From a virus (taxonomy: Duplodnaviria; Caudoviricetes), in IMG/VR virus record IMGVR_UViG_3300032216_001376, positions 2,081 to 66,080 of that record: 64,000 nt of DNA, one strand, 5' to 3'. The position numbers were made by a program, and so were the translations under genes. The notes under the pieces are model-generated. The model worked only from the letters and a program-made list of their open reading frames with translations. It had not been told where the DNA came from and did no database searches. Below, in pieces: positions 44,485-52,736 of this stretch. The stretch's first letter is position 1; every line of letters begins with the position of its first letter.

Positions 44485-45808
44485 CCAATTACACAAATAC
44501 CAGCTTGATATAATAAATAAAGCCAAGACAACGCCTAACTTAGCATTATTTTTGGACATGGGACTAGGCAAGAGTGTAACAACTTTAACAATTATTGCCG
44601 AACAATTTGAAGGCACAACCCTTATTGTGGCGCCAAAACGGGTAGCGGAATCGGTATGGGAACAAGAAACTAAAAAATGGGAGCATTTATGTCATCTAAA
44701 GGTAGCGAAAGTAATGGGGACACCCAAGCAAAGGCAGACAGCATTAGAAAGTTCATCGAACATCTATGTAGTCAATCTCGAGAATTTAGTGTGGCTGTTA
44801 GAGCAGGGGAAAAAGTTCGACAATCTAGTGATAGACGAGAGCAGCCGGTTCAAGGATCCGAGCACGAAAAGGTTCAAGGCGCTGAAGAAGCACTTGAAGT
44901 CTTTCAAGCGGAGGTTGATATTGACTGGGACGCCGTCGCCGCAAGGTTTACAAGACCTATGGAGCCAGGTTGGTATACTGGATTTGGGACAGAGGCTGGA
45001 GACGAGCCTGACAAAGTTTAGGGATAAGTACATGGACCCCGGTCAACGTAACAGACACACCGGCGTGGTTTATAATTGGGTACCAAAGCCAACCAGTAGT
45101 TTACTTATACAGAATAAAATAAACGACATATGCTTGTCACTAAAAGCCGGTGATTATTTACAATTACCGACATTAAGTAACATTTACCATCAAATTGAAA
45201 TTGACACTAATGTAAGGAAACAGTATGACGAACTTAGAAAAGACATGGTGCTTAGTACAGATACGGGGAGTATCACAGCTACAACAGCAGCGACGTTGGC
45301 GGGCAAGCTACTCCAATTCACCAGCGGCGCAATTTATGCGGAAGATGGAACAACGCAGGAAATACACAGTGCTAAATTGGAATTCCTTACTGAGATCTTG
45401 GAAGGTACTTCAACGCCCACGCTTATTTTCTACCACTTTAAACATTCGCTGCAACGATTACGAATTCAATTCCCAGAGGCGGTGGTGCTGGACAATGACA
45501 ACATTGAGGCGTGGCAAAGTGGTAAAATTCGTTTGCTCTTGGCCCATCCCCAAAGTTTCGGAGTCGGCGTCAATCTTCAGTGCAACATTGGTGACACAGC
45601 ACAAATCGTGTGGTGGGATTTACCGTGGTCTTCAGAAAACTACACGCAAGGGAACGCTAGGGTACACCGCCAAGGGCAAAAAGTCCCGGTTATCATACAC
45701 CATTTAGCCATAAAAAATACAATTGATGAACGTGTCATAAATGTGCTTGAAGGTAAAATTAATATTCAAGAAGCTGTTTTAAAATCCCTAAAATTTGCAT
45801 TAATATAA
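44471..45808 (+). CDS. SNF2-family helicase (likely start MLKRNQLHKYQ)
   Basis: LDMGLGKSVTTL, VIDESS, LTGTP, G.G.NLQ, Q.NAR.HRQGQ. Confidence 0.9.
   Translation: MLKRNQLHKYQLDIINKAKTTPNLALFLDMGLGKSVTTLTIIAEQFEGTTLIVAPKRVAESVWEQETKKWEHLCHLKVAKVMGTPKQRQTALESSSNIYVVNLENLVWLLEQGKKFDNLVIDESSRFKDPSTKRFKALKKHLKSFKRRLILTGTPSPQGLQDLWSQVGILDLGQRLETSLTKFRDKYMDPGQRNRHTGVVYNWVPKPTSSLLIQNKINDICLSLKAGDYLQLPTLSNIYHQIEIDTNVRKQYDELRKDMVLSTDTGSITATTAATLAGKLLQFTSGAIYAEDGTTQEIHSAKLEFLTEILEGTSTPTLIFYHFKHSLQRLRIQFPEAVVLDNDNIEAWQSGKIRLLLAHPQSFGVGVNLQCNIGDTAQIVWWDLPWSSENYTQGNARVHRQGQKVPVIIHHLAIKNTIDERVINVLEGKINIQEAVLKSLKFALI
45794..45807 (+). promoter_or_regulatory. Phage middle promoter, class B (TTTGCATTAATATA) before the sigma region-4-like gene
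   Basis: Perfect 14-mer overlapping the helicase 3' end. Confidence 0.7.
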
Positions 45809-45813
45809 GCACA

Positions 45814-46125
45814 ATGAAAAAAATAATACTGTACAAATTAAGCGCCGCAAAAACCCGTCTTTCAGACGAAGAAGTTGACCCTATTGAGCAGGATGACTCT
45901 GACTCACACCCGGAGATCATCACGGATGGTTGGTTACCGTGGGACGCTGAGGATATTAGGGACATAAAACGCCTGATTGAAGAAAAGATGCCGGGGAAGC
46001 AGCGCGTCGTTATGGAGGCATTTTTAGAGGGAAGGACACACAGCGAAATTGGTGTTACAGAAAAGCACTGGCGCTGGCATTTTTACAAGGGCGTAGAATT
46101 TATTAAGGAGGAGTTAAAGCTATGA
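45814..46125 (+). CDS. Stand-alone sigma70 region-4-like HTH protein (103 aa)
   Basis: Acidic linker, then IKRLIEEKMPGKQRVVMEAFLEGRTHSEIGV...HF.KGVEFIKEEL, resembling sigma 4.1-4.2 with a shortened HTH. Confidence 0.6.
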   Translation: MKKIILYKLSAAKTRLSDEEVDPIEQDDSDSHPEIITDGWLPWDAEDIRDIKRLIEEKMPGKQRVVMEAFLEGRTHSEIGVTEKHWRWHFYKGVEFIKEELKL

Positions 46126-46295
46126 TATTTGTTATTGAGCATGAAAACGGTGGCCCTTGGCAGGTGCAAATATTGGTTGATGTGGAAGAAATTGACACGA
46201 CAAAGTTTGAGCCGTTTAAAAAGATTTTTTTGTGTGAGAGTATGGAAGAAGCGACTATAATAGTGGATGAAATTAGAAAGGAAAGGCTAAAGTGA
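46122..46295 (+). CDS. Hypothetical protein (57 aa)
   Basis: Manually translated; ATGA coupling, GGAG RBS. Confidence 0.55.
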   Translation: MIFVIEHENGGPWQVQILVDVEEIDTTKFEPFKKIFLCESMEEATIIVDEIRKERLK

Positions 46296-46519
46296 GCGCG
46301 TATGACATTGTTAACAAACCAAAGCATTACACAGCGCACCCAAGCGGTGTCGAGTGTATCCAAATTACCGAGCACATGGGATTTAATCTTGGTAATGCCG
46401 TTAAGTATATATGGCGAGCGGATCTTAAAAACAACGCAGTCGAGGATTTACGAAAGGCGGCTTGGTATATCAACCGAGAGATTACTAAACGGGATAAATA
46501 TGGAGAGTGTGGAAAATGA
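46292..46519 (+). CDS. DUF3310 (SaV-like) protein
   Basis: D.VNKPKHY....GVECI......GFNLGNAVKYIWRA..K....EDLRKA.WY. Confidence 0.9.
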   Translation: MSAYDIVNKPKHYTAHPSGVECIQITEHMGFNLGNAVKYIWRADLKNNAVEDLRKAAWYINREITKRDKYGECGK

Positions 46520-46743
46520 AAATTGAAATTGATGATGAATTTGCTGATGAGATATTAAGGGGTACACTAATGGAAACCTACCTTAACCTGTCAGAAGATT
46601 TAAAAAATCCCGAAAAACTGGACGACGATGATAAAGAGATTTATGAAAAAGTAGTTGCAGCTATTGAGGTATTGGGAACATGGTTTTTTTATGATTTTAA
46701 AGGTAAGGTTAAAGAAGCAAAAGCAAAAAGGAAAAAGAAATGA
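46507..46743 (+). CDS. Hypothetical protein (78 aa)
   Basis: ORF in operon. Confidence 0.6.
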   Translation: MWKMKIEIDDEFADEILRGTLMETYLNLSEDLKNPEKLDDDDKEIYEKVVAAIEVLGTWFFYDFKGKVKEAKAKRKKK

Positions 46744-47063
46744 AACTATTTAGCCAGTACGACCGATTTGATTTAGAGCAAGACATCATTAAGATGTGGA
46801 ACACTGCTGAGTTGATGAAAGAATTTATTCGTCAATATATAGACAAACCACGCATAATGGATGAAGACGAGGTGGCAAACTATCTTGAAGGCATCATGCG
46901 CGTTCACGAATTACAGTGCGAGCGCCTATGGGATGGGTTTGAAACAATGATTAAAGCTGGCCATTTTAGTAAATGGGATGATGAATTTTTTAAAAAGTTA
47001 AGACCGGACGTAAAAAATGAAAATGAAATTAAACCAAAGAAAGGTAAAAAGAAAAATGACTGA
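46740..47063 (+). CDS. Hypothetical protein (107 aa)
   Basis: DRFDLEQ.I...W....D...N.L.G....EL...LW..FE motif. Confidence 0.65.
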   Translation: MKLFSQYDRFDLEQDIIKMWNTAELMKEFIRQYIDKPRIMDEDEVANYLEGIMRVHELQCERLWDGFETMIKAGHFSKWDDEFFKKLRPDVKNENEIKPKKGKKKND

Positions 47064-47274
47064 AGAGGTAAAAAACCCATTGAGCGACAAAGTGGTGGTA
47101 TTACAGTACACCATCGAGTCCATTAACGACATGATTAACATGATGAACAAGCCACTCACAACGCCGGTAATGGCTTGGGCTAACCTCATCATAAACATTC
47201 AAGATCAGTGCGCCCCACAGATTGACGCATTTAACCAAGAGTTAAGGGAAAAAAATGAGCAACCTACTAAATAA
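47056..47274 (+). CDS. Hypothetical protein (72 aa)
   Basis: Likely start MTEEVKN; Q..PQI motif. Confidence 0.6.
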   Translation: MTEEVKNPLSDKVVVLQYTIESINDMINMMNKPLTTPVMAWANLIINIQDQCAPQIDAFNQELREKNEQPTK

Positions 47275-47437
47275 AATGATGGATAGGGCCGACGCAAGCC
47301 CCAAGCTAGACCCTAAGCGAGCTGAGTTAGCAAGCGCAATCACCAAGACGTTCTTAAACAAGGTAATGCCAGACATTAAGGCAACACTGGCGCAAGTTGA
47401 AGGAATGAAGAAGCCCGAGGGCGGAAAGACTGAGTAG
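47255..47437 (+). CDS. Hypothetical protein (60 aa)
   Basis: ORF in operon. Confidence 0.55.
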   Translation: MSNLLNKMMDRADASPKLDPKRAELASAITKTFLNKVMPDIKATLAQVEGMKKPEGGKTE

Positions 47438-47450
47438 TTTGCATTAATAG
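47418..47450 (+). promoter_or_regulatory. Phage late promoter, class A (AGGGCGG-N16-GCATTAATAG)
   Basis: Exact motif; drives the small basic protein and terS-like island. Confidence 0.75.
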
Positions 47451-47512
47451 ATATAGGGTAGTAAAACTCGTCGGGAGACGCTTTGAGGCCCCACCTAATT
47501 TAAGGAGGTATC

Positions 47513-47665
47513 ATGGCAAAGCCAGGACTATACGAAAATATTCACCGAAAGCAAGAGCGCATCAAGGCCGGCTCGGGTGAAAAAATGCGCAAGGCAGGAG
47601 AAAAAGGCTCCCCATCCGCTAAAGACTTTAAAGAGTCGGCTAAAACAGCAAAGAAACCAAAATAA
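47513..47665 (+). CDS. Small basic protein (50 aa, MAKPGLYENIHRKQERIKAGSGEKMRK...)
   Basis: Manually translated; strong AAGGAGG RBS; family usually seen in virion modules. Confidence 0.8.
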   Translation: MAKPGLYENIHRKQERIKAGSGEKMRKAGEKGSPSAKDFKESAKTAKKPK

Positions 47666-48048
47666 TGTCAGCCAAATTTAAGTTTACAAAAGAACACGCA
47701 CAGGAAGTACTAGAGCTTGGCAAGCGGGGAGCATCCCAAAAGACTATGTACGCAACCCTTGGCATTAGCAAGGCCACCGCCGCTCGCCTTAAAAAAGAAG
47801 ACTCATTTTTTGCTGAATCCATGGACTTAGCGACGGTACACGGGCAAGCGTTTTGGGAGTCACAACTCCTAGCAAACATCGAAAATAAGGCCTATAACAG
47901 CCGCTTGGCTGAGATTGCTCTTAGGGGTCAATACCCTGATGACTACCGTGAGACACGCGAGCAGAAGATCGACGTTAAGGCTGACGTTAACATTGACTTT
48001 AAGGGTGCGGTGGATGATTTGATCAAAAAGTTAAAGGCTGCAGCATAA
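47665..48048 (+). CDS. terS: Probable terminase small subunit (HTH)
   Basis: N-terminal HTH (G.S.K.MYATLGISKAT), F.E....A....Q.FWE, N......L....P.DYRE, C-terminal beta strand. Confidence 0.6.
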   Translation: MSAKFKFTKEHAQEVLELGKRGASQKTMYATLGISKATAARLKKEDSFFAESMDLATVHGQAFWESQLLANIENKAYNSRLAEIALRGQYPDDYRETREQKIDVKADVNIDFKGAVDDLIKKLKAAA

Positions 48049-48081
48049 CCGCCCTTAACTAGCAAAAAAAATATATTTGAA

Positions 48082-48109
48082 AAAGGGTCCTTCGGGGCCC
48101 TTATTTTTT
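48082..48109 (+). terminator. Intrinsic terminator after the terS island
   Basis: AAGGGTCC-TTCG-GGGCCCTT followed by ATTTTTT. Confidence 0.75.
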
Positions 48110-48120
48110 GCATTAATATA
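48107..48120 (+). promoter_or_regulatory. Phage middle promoter, class B (TTTGCATTAATATA)
   Basis: Perfect 14-mer before the DUF2800 gene. Confidence 0.7.
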
Positions 48121-48148
48121 AGTAGATAAACAGACTAAAAAGGTAAAC

Positions 48149-49303
48149 ATGACGGCTCACGCACTTCTATCAGCCTCCGGCAGTAAACGATGGCTGACCT
48201 GCACCCCAAGCCCCCGCCTCGAGGCAACACTTCCCGAACTAAAAAAACCAGTTAACGCATTTGACTTTTCAGCCGAAGGGACACTGGCCCACGAGTTAAG
48301 TGAAATTCGTTTAAGACTTTACTTCAACCAAATAACCCAATCAGATTATGACAATCAGTACAAAGAGATTAAAAACCATCCAATATACACAAAGTACGAA
48401 GATAGTGAAAAGGCAGACTTTGAGGCGAACGTTGACAACTACGTACTCTACGTACGCTCACAGGTTGGCGAGGGGGACACACCACTATTTGAGCAACGTG
48501 TCGACTTCTCTGACTGGGTTAATGACGGATTTGGCACGGCCGATGTGGTTATACTTTCTGAGCACACCATTCGCGTCATCGACCTCAAGTTTGGAAAGGG
48601 GATACCCGTTTCCGCAACCGACAATCCCCAACTCAGACTCTACGCCCTTGGAGCCTACTCAAAGTTCAAGGAGGAGTACCCCAACATCAAAGAGGTTGAG
48701 TACACCATCCACCAGCCCCGACTTGACTCCATCAGCACCGACGGAACGACCATTTCCAAGCTCCTCGACTGGGCGAACTACTTCGTCAAGCCCAAGGCCA
48801 AGAAGGCGTGGGCCGGCTCCGGCGAGTTTGTCCCCGGCGATCACTGCGGCTTCTGCAAGGCCAAGGCGCAGTGCCGCGCCCGCAGCGATTTTAACACCGA
48901 GCTCGCCAAAAACGAGTTCAGGGAGCCAGCCCTTCTCACCGAAGAAGAGATCTCCGAGGTACTCAGCAAAGCCCAGCAATTAAGGACGTGGGCCGGTGAC
49001 GTAGAAGAGTTTGCGCTTAACCGCGCGGTCCTTGAAAACAAGGTACCCACTGGCTACAAGCTTGGCACAACGTCAGCGCACCGTAAGATTACAGACACAG
49101 AGTTAGCGTCGGTTATTTTAAGAGAGCGTGGATTGTCCGAGCAGGAGCTATACGAGCCAAAGAAGTTAAAGACAATCGCCAACCTAGAAAAGCTTGCGCC
49201 TAAGGGCATAGTTGTTGGCTGGCTAGGCGACCTGGTGCAAAAGCCTGAGGGCTCACCAAAGCTTGTCAAGGTTAAGGAGACTGCCGAGGAGGATTTTAAA
49301 TGA
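48149..49303 (+). CDS. DUF2800 PD-(D/E)XK (Cas4-like) exonuclease
   Basis: HALLSASGSKRWL.C.PS; EGTLAH; FGTAD...IDLKFGKG..V.A.DNPQL.LYALG; PG.HC.FCKA...CRAR. Confidence 0.9.
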   Translation: MTAHALLSASGSKRWLTCTPSPRLEATLPELKKPVNAFDFSAEGTLAHELSEIRLRLYFNQITQSDYDNQYKEIKNHPIYTKYEDSEKADFEANVDNYVLYVRSQVGEGDTPLFEQRVDFSDWVNDGFGTADVVILSEHTIRVIDLKFGKGIPVSATDNPQLRLYALGAYSKFKEEYPNIKEVEYTIHQPRLDSISTDGTTISKLLDWANYFVKPKAKKAWAGSGEFVPGDHCGFCKAKAQCRARSDFNTELAKNEFREPALLTEEEISEVLSKAQQLRTWAGDVEEFALNRAVLENKVPTGYKLGTTSAHRKITDTELASVILRERGLSEQELYEPKKLKTIANLEKLAPKGIVVGWLGDLVQKPEGSPKLVKVKETAEEDFK

Positions 49304-49557
49304 GCATCAGAGAAGATTTAGCCGAGCAGTACGGCGAAGATTTATTGTTTTTGGAGGAAGAATTTTTTGACAAGGCCATCGTTGGCGTGGTGCATCAGTT
49401 TAACAACACGGTGGTTTGCTACGATAAAAACATGGTGATAGAGTTACTGTCGGTTGAGAATGAGATGAGCGAAGAAGACGCGCTGGATTATTTTTACTAC
49501 AACACCATTGGCGCGTACGTTGGCGAAAAGACGCCGGCGTTCTTGGAGTTGCTATGA
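49300..49557 (+). CDS. Hypothetical acidic protein (85 aa)
   Basis: FD.AIVGV....VCYD...I..L...M.EE.A..YF.YN..GAYVGE.TP.F motif. Confidence 0.7.
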   Translation: MSIREDLAEQYGEDLLFLEEEFFDKAIVGVVHQFNNTVVCYDKNMVIELLSVENEMSEEDALDYFYYNTIGAYVGEKTPAFLELL

Positions 49558-49697
49558 GTTCGTGGCTGATAGCAGTAATTGGCGCGGCGTATTTTTTTAT
49601 TGGCTGTGATCTTTTAAGGAAAGGAAACATTGGTTTGGCGATCAGTTTTTTTGGCTACTCGCTTGGCAACGTAGGCTTGTATATTGTCACAAAATAA
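49554..49697 (+). CDS. Small membrane protein (47 aa)
   Basis: Manually translated; two hydrophobic segments; GY..GNVGL motif. Confidence 0.65.
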   Translation: MSSWLIAVIGAAYFFIGCDLLRKGNIGLAISFFGYSLGNVGLYIVTK

Positions 49698-49716
49698 TAA
49701 AAACAAGGGTCATAAT

Positions 49717-49974
49717 ATGCAATATCAAATGGAAAGCATTATAATAGAAGTACCAATTCATTTAATTAACAAGTACACAAATGATTTTAAGGGCCTTGTT
49801 GGTGGTAAGGATAGAGACATGGTGTACTCATTAAGAAACTCAATTAACGACGTAATGGATTATGTGTACGAAGACCCTAGCATGCTAGAAGATCCGGAAC
49901 TAAAAAGTGATTACGTAAAAGCAATAGCGATGAAAGAAGCTCTCATAAAGCACGGTATTTATTTTGACGCGTAA
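49717..49974 (+). CDS. Hypothetical protein (85 aa)
   Basis: Likely ATG at 49717. Confidence 0.6.
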   Translation: MQYQMESIIIEVPIHLINKYTNDFKGLVGGKDRDMVYSLRNSINDVMDYVYEDPSMLEDPELKSDYVKAIAMKEALIKHGIYFDA

Positions 49975-49989
49975 AATAGTTTGTGAAAG

Positions 49990-50003
49990 TTTGCATTAAT
50001 ATA
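49990..50003 (+). promoter_or_regulatory. Phage middle promoter, class B (TTTGCATTAATATA)
   Basis: Perfect 14-mer before the SSB gene. Confidence 0.7.
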
Positions 50004-50069
50004 TGTGTAGTAAGGTTAATGTGTTGTCACCTTTAAGATAGCACAATCTAAATAGGGTAAACAGGTAAA

Positions 50070-50588
50070 ATGGCTACTAAATCGACTAAAATTAAGTTTG
50101 TAACTGGCAAGGTTCGCTTCTCATTCGCTCACGTGTTTGAGCCGGCTGAAACACTTAGCGGATTAATGAAGTACTCCGTAATGATTATGATTCCAAAGTC
50201 AGACAAAGACACGGTGGCGCGATTCCAAAAAGCGTTTGAGGAGTGTAAGCAAGCAAACGCGGCGTACTTTGGTGGCTCGGTGCCAAAGGTATTAAAAGGC
50301 GGCTTGCGCGACGGTGACGCAGAGCGAGACGACCCAAGCTTCGCTGGCTATTATTTTATTAACGCGCTGTCTAACGAAAAGCCCGGCGTTGTAGACGCGG
50401 ACTTAAACCCGATTACGGACAAGGATGAGTTTTACAGTGGTTGCTACGGTCGCGCGTCGATTACGCTATATCCGTACGATGTAACAGGCGCCAAGGGCAT
50501 TACCGCCGGATTAAATAACGTTATGAAGCTGGAAGACGGCGAGCGTTACGGCGGAGGAACTTCCGCAGCAGTAGATTTCGCAGTATAA
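50070..50588 (+). CDS. Single-stranded DNA-binding protein (DUF2815 / gp2.5-like)
   Basis: VRFSFAHVFEP; KYSV...IPK.D; LRDGD.ER.DP...GYYFINA; YSGCYGRASI; GLNNV.K..DGER.GG...A..DF. Confidence 0.9.
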   Translation: MATKSTKIKFVTGKVRFSFAHVFEPAETLSGLMKYSVMIMIPKSDKDTVARFQKAFEECKQANAAYFGGSVPKVLKGGLRDGDAERDDPSFAGYYFINALSNEKPGVVDADLNPITDKDEFYSGCYGRASITLYPYDVTGAKGITAGLNNVMKLEDGERYGGGTSAAVDFAV

Positions 50589-50608
50589 GTAGTACTCACG
50601 CAGTGAGC

Positions 50609-50639
50609 GGGCTGACTAGAAACTGGTCAGCCCTTTTTT
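50609..50639 (+). terminator. Intrinsic terminator after SSB
   Basis: GGGCTGACTAG-AAA-CTGGTCAGCCC followed by T6. Confidence 0.8.
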
Positions 50640-50666
50640 ATCAACTAATAACAATAAAGAGAAGCC

Positions 50667-52541
50667 ATGGATCAATATAGAGAATATATTGCAGCAAGCA
50701 GATATGCCCGTTTTATCGACGACAAGGGCAGACGTGAAACCTGGGATGAAACAGTAACACGTTTTGTCGATTATGTTTTTACAAGAACCCCCGTAATCTC
50801 CGCAAATAATGCGTTGAAAAAAGAATTATTCTCCGCAATTTTAAACCACGAAGTAATGCCTTCGATGAGGGCAGTAATGACCGCTGGAAAGGCAGCTGAC
50901 CGTGATAACACCTGTATCTATAATTGCTCGTATCTACCAGTCGATGACCCAAAGTCCTTCGACGAAGCTATGTTCATCTTGCTCTGCGGTACTGGCGTCG
51001 GGTTCTCAGTTGAATCCAAATACATCTCTCAGTTGCCCGAGGTGCCAGACAACCTCTACGCAAGCGAACACGCTATCAGAGTGCACGATTCCAAAGAAGG
51101 ATGGGCAAAAGCCCTTCGACTTATCATTGCACACCTATATGCAGGAGAGATCCCACGCTGGGACACTTCTGGGGTTAGACCTGCCGGAACAAGACTCAAA
51201 ACATTTGGCGGACGGGCTTCAGGGCCACAACCATTAGAAGACTTGTTTGCATTTACTGTAGCAATGTTTAAACACGCAAAGGGTCGTAAGTTAAACTCAC
51301 TTGAGTGCCACGACTTGATGTGTAAAATTGGTGAGGTTGTAGTTGTGGGCGGCGTGCGTCGCTCGGCTATGATATCACTGTCAGACCTAGACGACGAAAG
51401 GATTCGACATGCTAAAGCTGGACCTTGGTGGGACACTGCGCCTCATCGTGCGCTCGCCAACAATAGCGCAGTTTATAATGAAACGCCTACCGTTGGAAAG
51501 TTTATGGAAGAGTGGCTGTCTCTATACAATTCACACAGCGGAGAGCGTGGGATATTCAACCGTGAGGCTGCGCGTAAAACTGTGGAGAAGTACGGTTTTC
51601 GTGATCCTAACTTTGAGTTCGGGACTAACCCCTGCTCAGAGATTGTTCTTCGGCCATACCAATTTTGTAACCTTACGGAGGTAGTAATACGCCATGACGA
51701 CACAAGAGAAACTTTGCTGCGTAAAGTGCGGCTCGCAGCTATCCTTGGCACCATCCAAGCCACTTTTACAAAGTTCCCCTATTTGCGGAAGGTGTGGCAG
51801 AGAAATACTGAAGATGAACGGCTTTTGGGTGTCTCCCTCACTGGCATTTACGACAACCAACTCACATGTACAAGAGGAGAACAATTAGATGAACTACTCT
51901 GCGAACTCAGAGAAGAGGCTAGACGAACAAACGAGGAATTTGCTGGATTGCTTGGAATCCCTGTATCAGCTTCAATTACTTGTGTTAAGCCATCAGGCAC
52001 AGTTTCCCAACTCGTCGACTCGGCATCGGGGATTCACCCGAGACATTCTAAGTATTATATCCGACGAGTGCGTGGAGATTCAAAAGACCCTCTCACCCAA
52101 TTTTTAATTCAACAAGGCATACCAAATGAACCATGTGTTTACAAACCCGAACAAACGACCGTATTCTCTTTCCCCCAACGAGCTCCTGACGGACTCACTC
52201 GAGAGGATGTTGATCCAATCTCACACCTCGAACTGTGGCTTACGTATCAGCGCGCTTGGTGCGAACATAAACCCTCGGTCACTATCTCGGTTGAAGAGAA
52301 AGACTGGCCTAGCGTGGGTGCTTGGACTTGGAACAACTTTTCGGAAATCAGCGGAGTCAGTTATCTTCCTTACGATGGTGGCACTTACCGTCAAGCGCCG
52401 TATGAAGAGTGCACAGAGAACGAGTACCTGGCATTAAAGGCTAAGGTGCCGAGCATTGATTGGACAGCATTCAAAGAGATAACAGACAACGTAGAAGGTG
52501 CCCAAATGCTTGCTTGCGTCGCTGGTGCCTGCGAGATTTAA
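50667..52541 (+). CDS. nrdJ: Class II (B12-dependent) ribonucleotide reductase
   Basis: PSMRA.MTAG, NCSY, GTGVGFSVE, VVVGGVRRSAMISL, TNPCSEI, CNLTE, TCVKPSGTVSQL, WCEHKPS, CVAGACEI. Confidence 0.95.
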   Translation: MDQYREYIAASRYARFIDDKGRRETWDETVTRFVDYVFTRTPVISANNALKKELFSAILNHEVMPSMRAVMTAGKAADRDNTCIYNCSYLPVDDPKSFDEAMFILLCGTGVGFSVESKYISQLPEVPDNLYASEHAIRVHDSKEGWAKALRLIIAHLYAGEIPRWDTSGVRPAGTRLKTFGGRASGPQPLEDLFAFTVAMFKHAKGRKLNSLECHDLMCKIGEVVVVGGVRRSAMISLSDLDDERIRHAKAGPWWDTAPHRALANNSAVYNETPTVGKFMEEWLSLYNSHSGERGIFNREAARKTVEKYGFRDPNFEFGTNPCSEIVLRPYQFCNLTEVVIRHDDTRETLLRKVRLAAILGTIQATFTKFPYLRKVWQRNTEDERLLGVSLTGIYDNQLTCTRGEQLDELLCELREEARRTNEEFAGLLGIPVSASITCVKPSGTVSQLVDSASGIHPRHSKYYIRRVRGDSKDPLTQFLIQQGIPNEPCVYKPEQTTVFSFPQRAPDGLTREDVDPISHLELWLTYQRAWCEHKPSVTISVEEKDWPSVGAWTWNNFSEISGVSYLPYDGGTYRQAPYEECTENEYLALKAKVPSIDWTAFKEITDNVEGAQMLACVAGACEI

Positions 52542-52548
52542 AGATCAA

Positions 52549-52636
52549 TGGGGTTAGTAGTGAGGCCACTAGGTGTAACTAGGAACCACAAGGATGGACT
52601 GGATTCGTAAGCCTGAACCCACCCAAACTAACCCCA
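52549..52636 (+). ncRNA. Putative structured RNA downstream of nrdJ (unknown class)
   Basis: 9-bp closing stem TGGGGTTAG/CTAACCCCA; internal TAGTG/CACTA hairpin; GAACCAC can pair with downstream GTGGTTC. Confidence 0.4.
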
Positions 52637-52659
52637 CCTATTTCACATGGTGGTTCTTT

Positions 52660-52684
52660 AGGGCACTTCGGTGCCCTTTTTTTT
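52660..52684 (+). terminator. Intrinsic terminator after nrdJ and the structured RNA
   Basis: AGGGCAC-TTCG-GTGCCCT followed by a T run. Confidence 0.85.
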
Positions 52685-52685
52685 A

Positions 52686-52714
52686 TTGCACGATAACATA
52701 AAGCATGTTATGAT
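52686..52714 (+). promoter_or_regulatory. Host sigma70-type promoter (TTGCAC-N17-TATGAT, extended -10 TG) upstream of the polymerase unit
   Basis: Canonical spacing right after the terminator. Confidence 0.6.
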
Positions 52715-52736
52715 GTATTTTTAAAGGAGAAATAAA

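Noticed and set aside
52549-52640. tRNA or tmRNA gene
   Set aside because: An acceptor-like stem is present, but there is no T-arm adjacent to it, no anticodon arm and no CCA; kept only as an unassigned structure.
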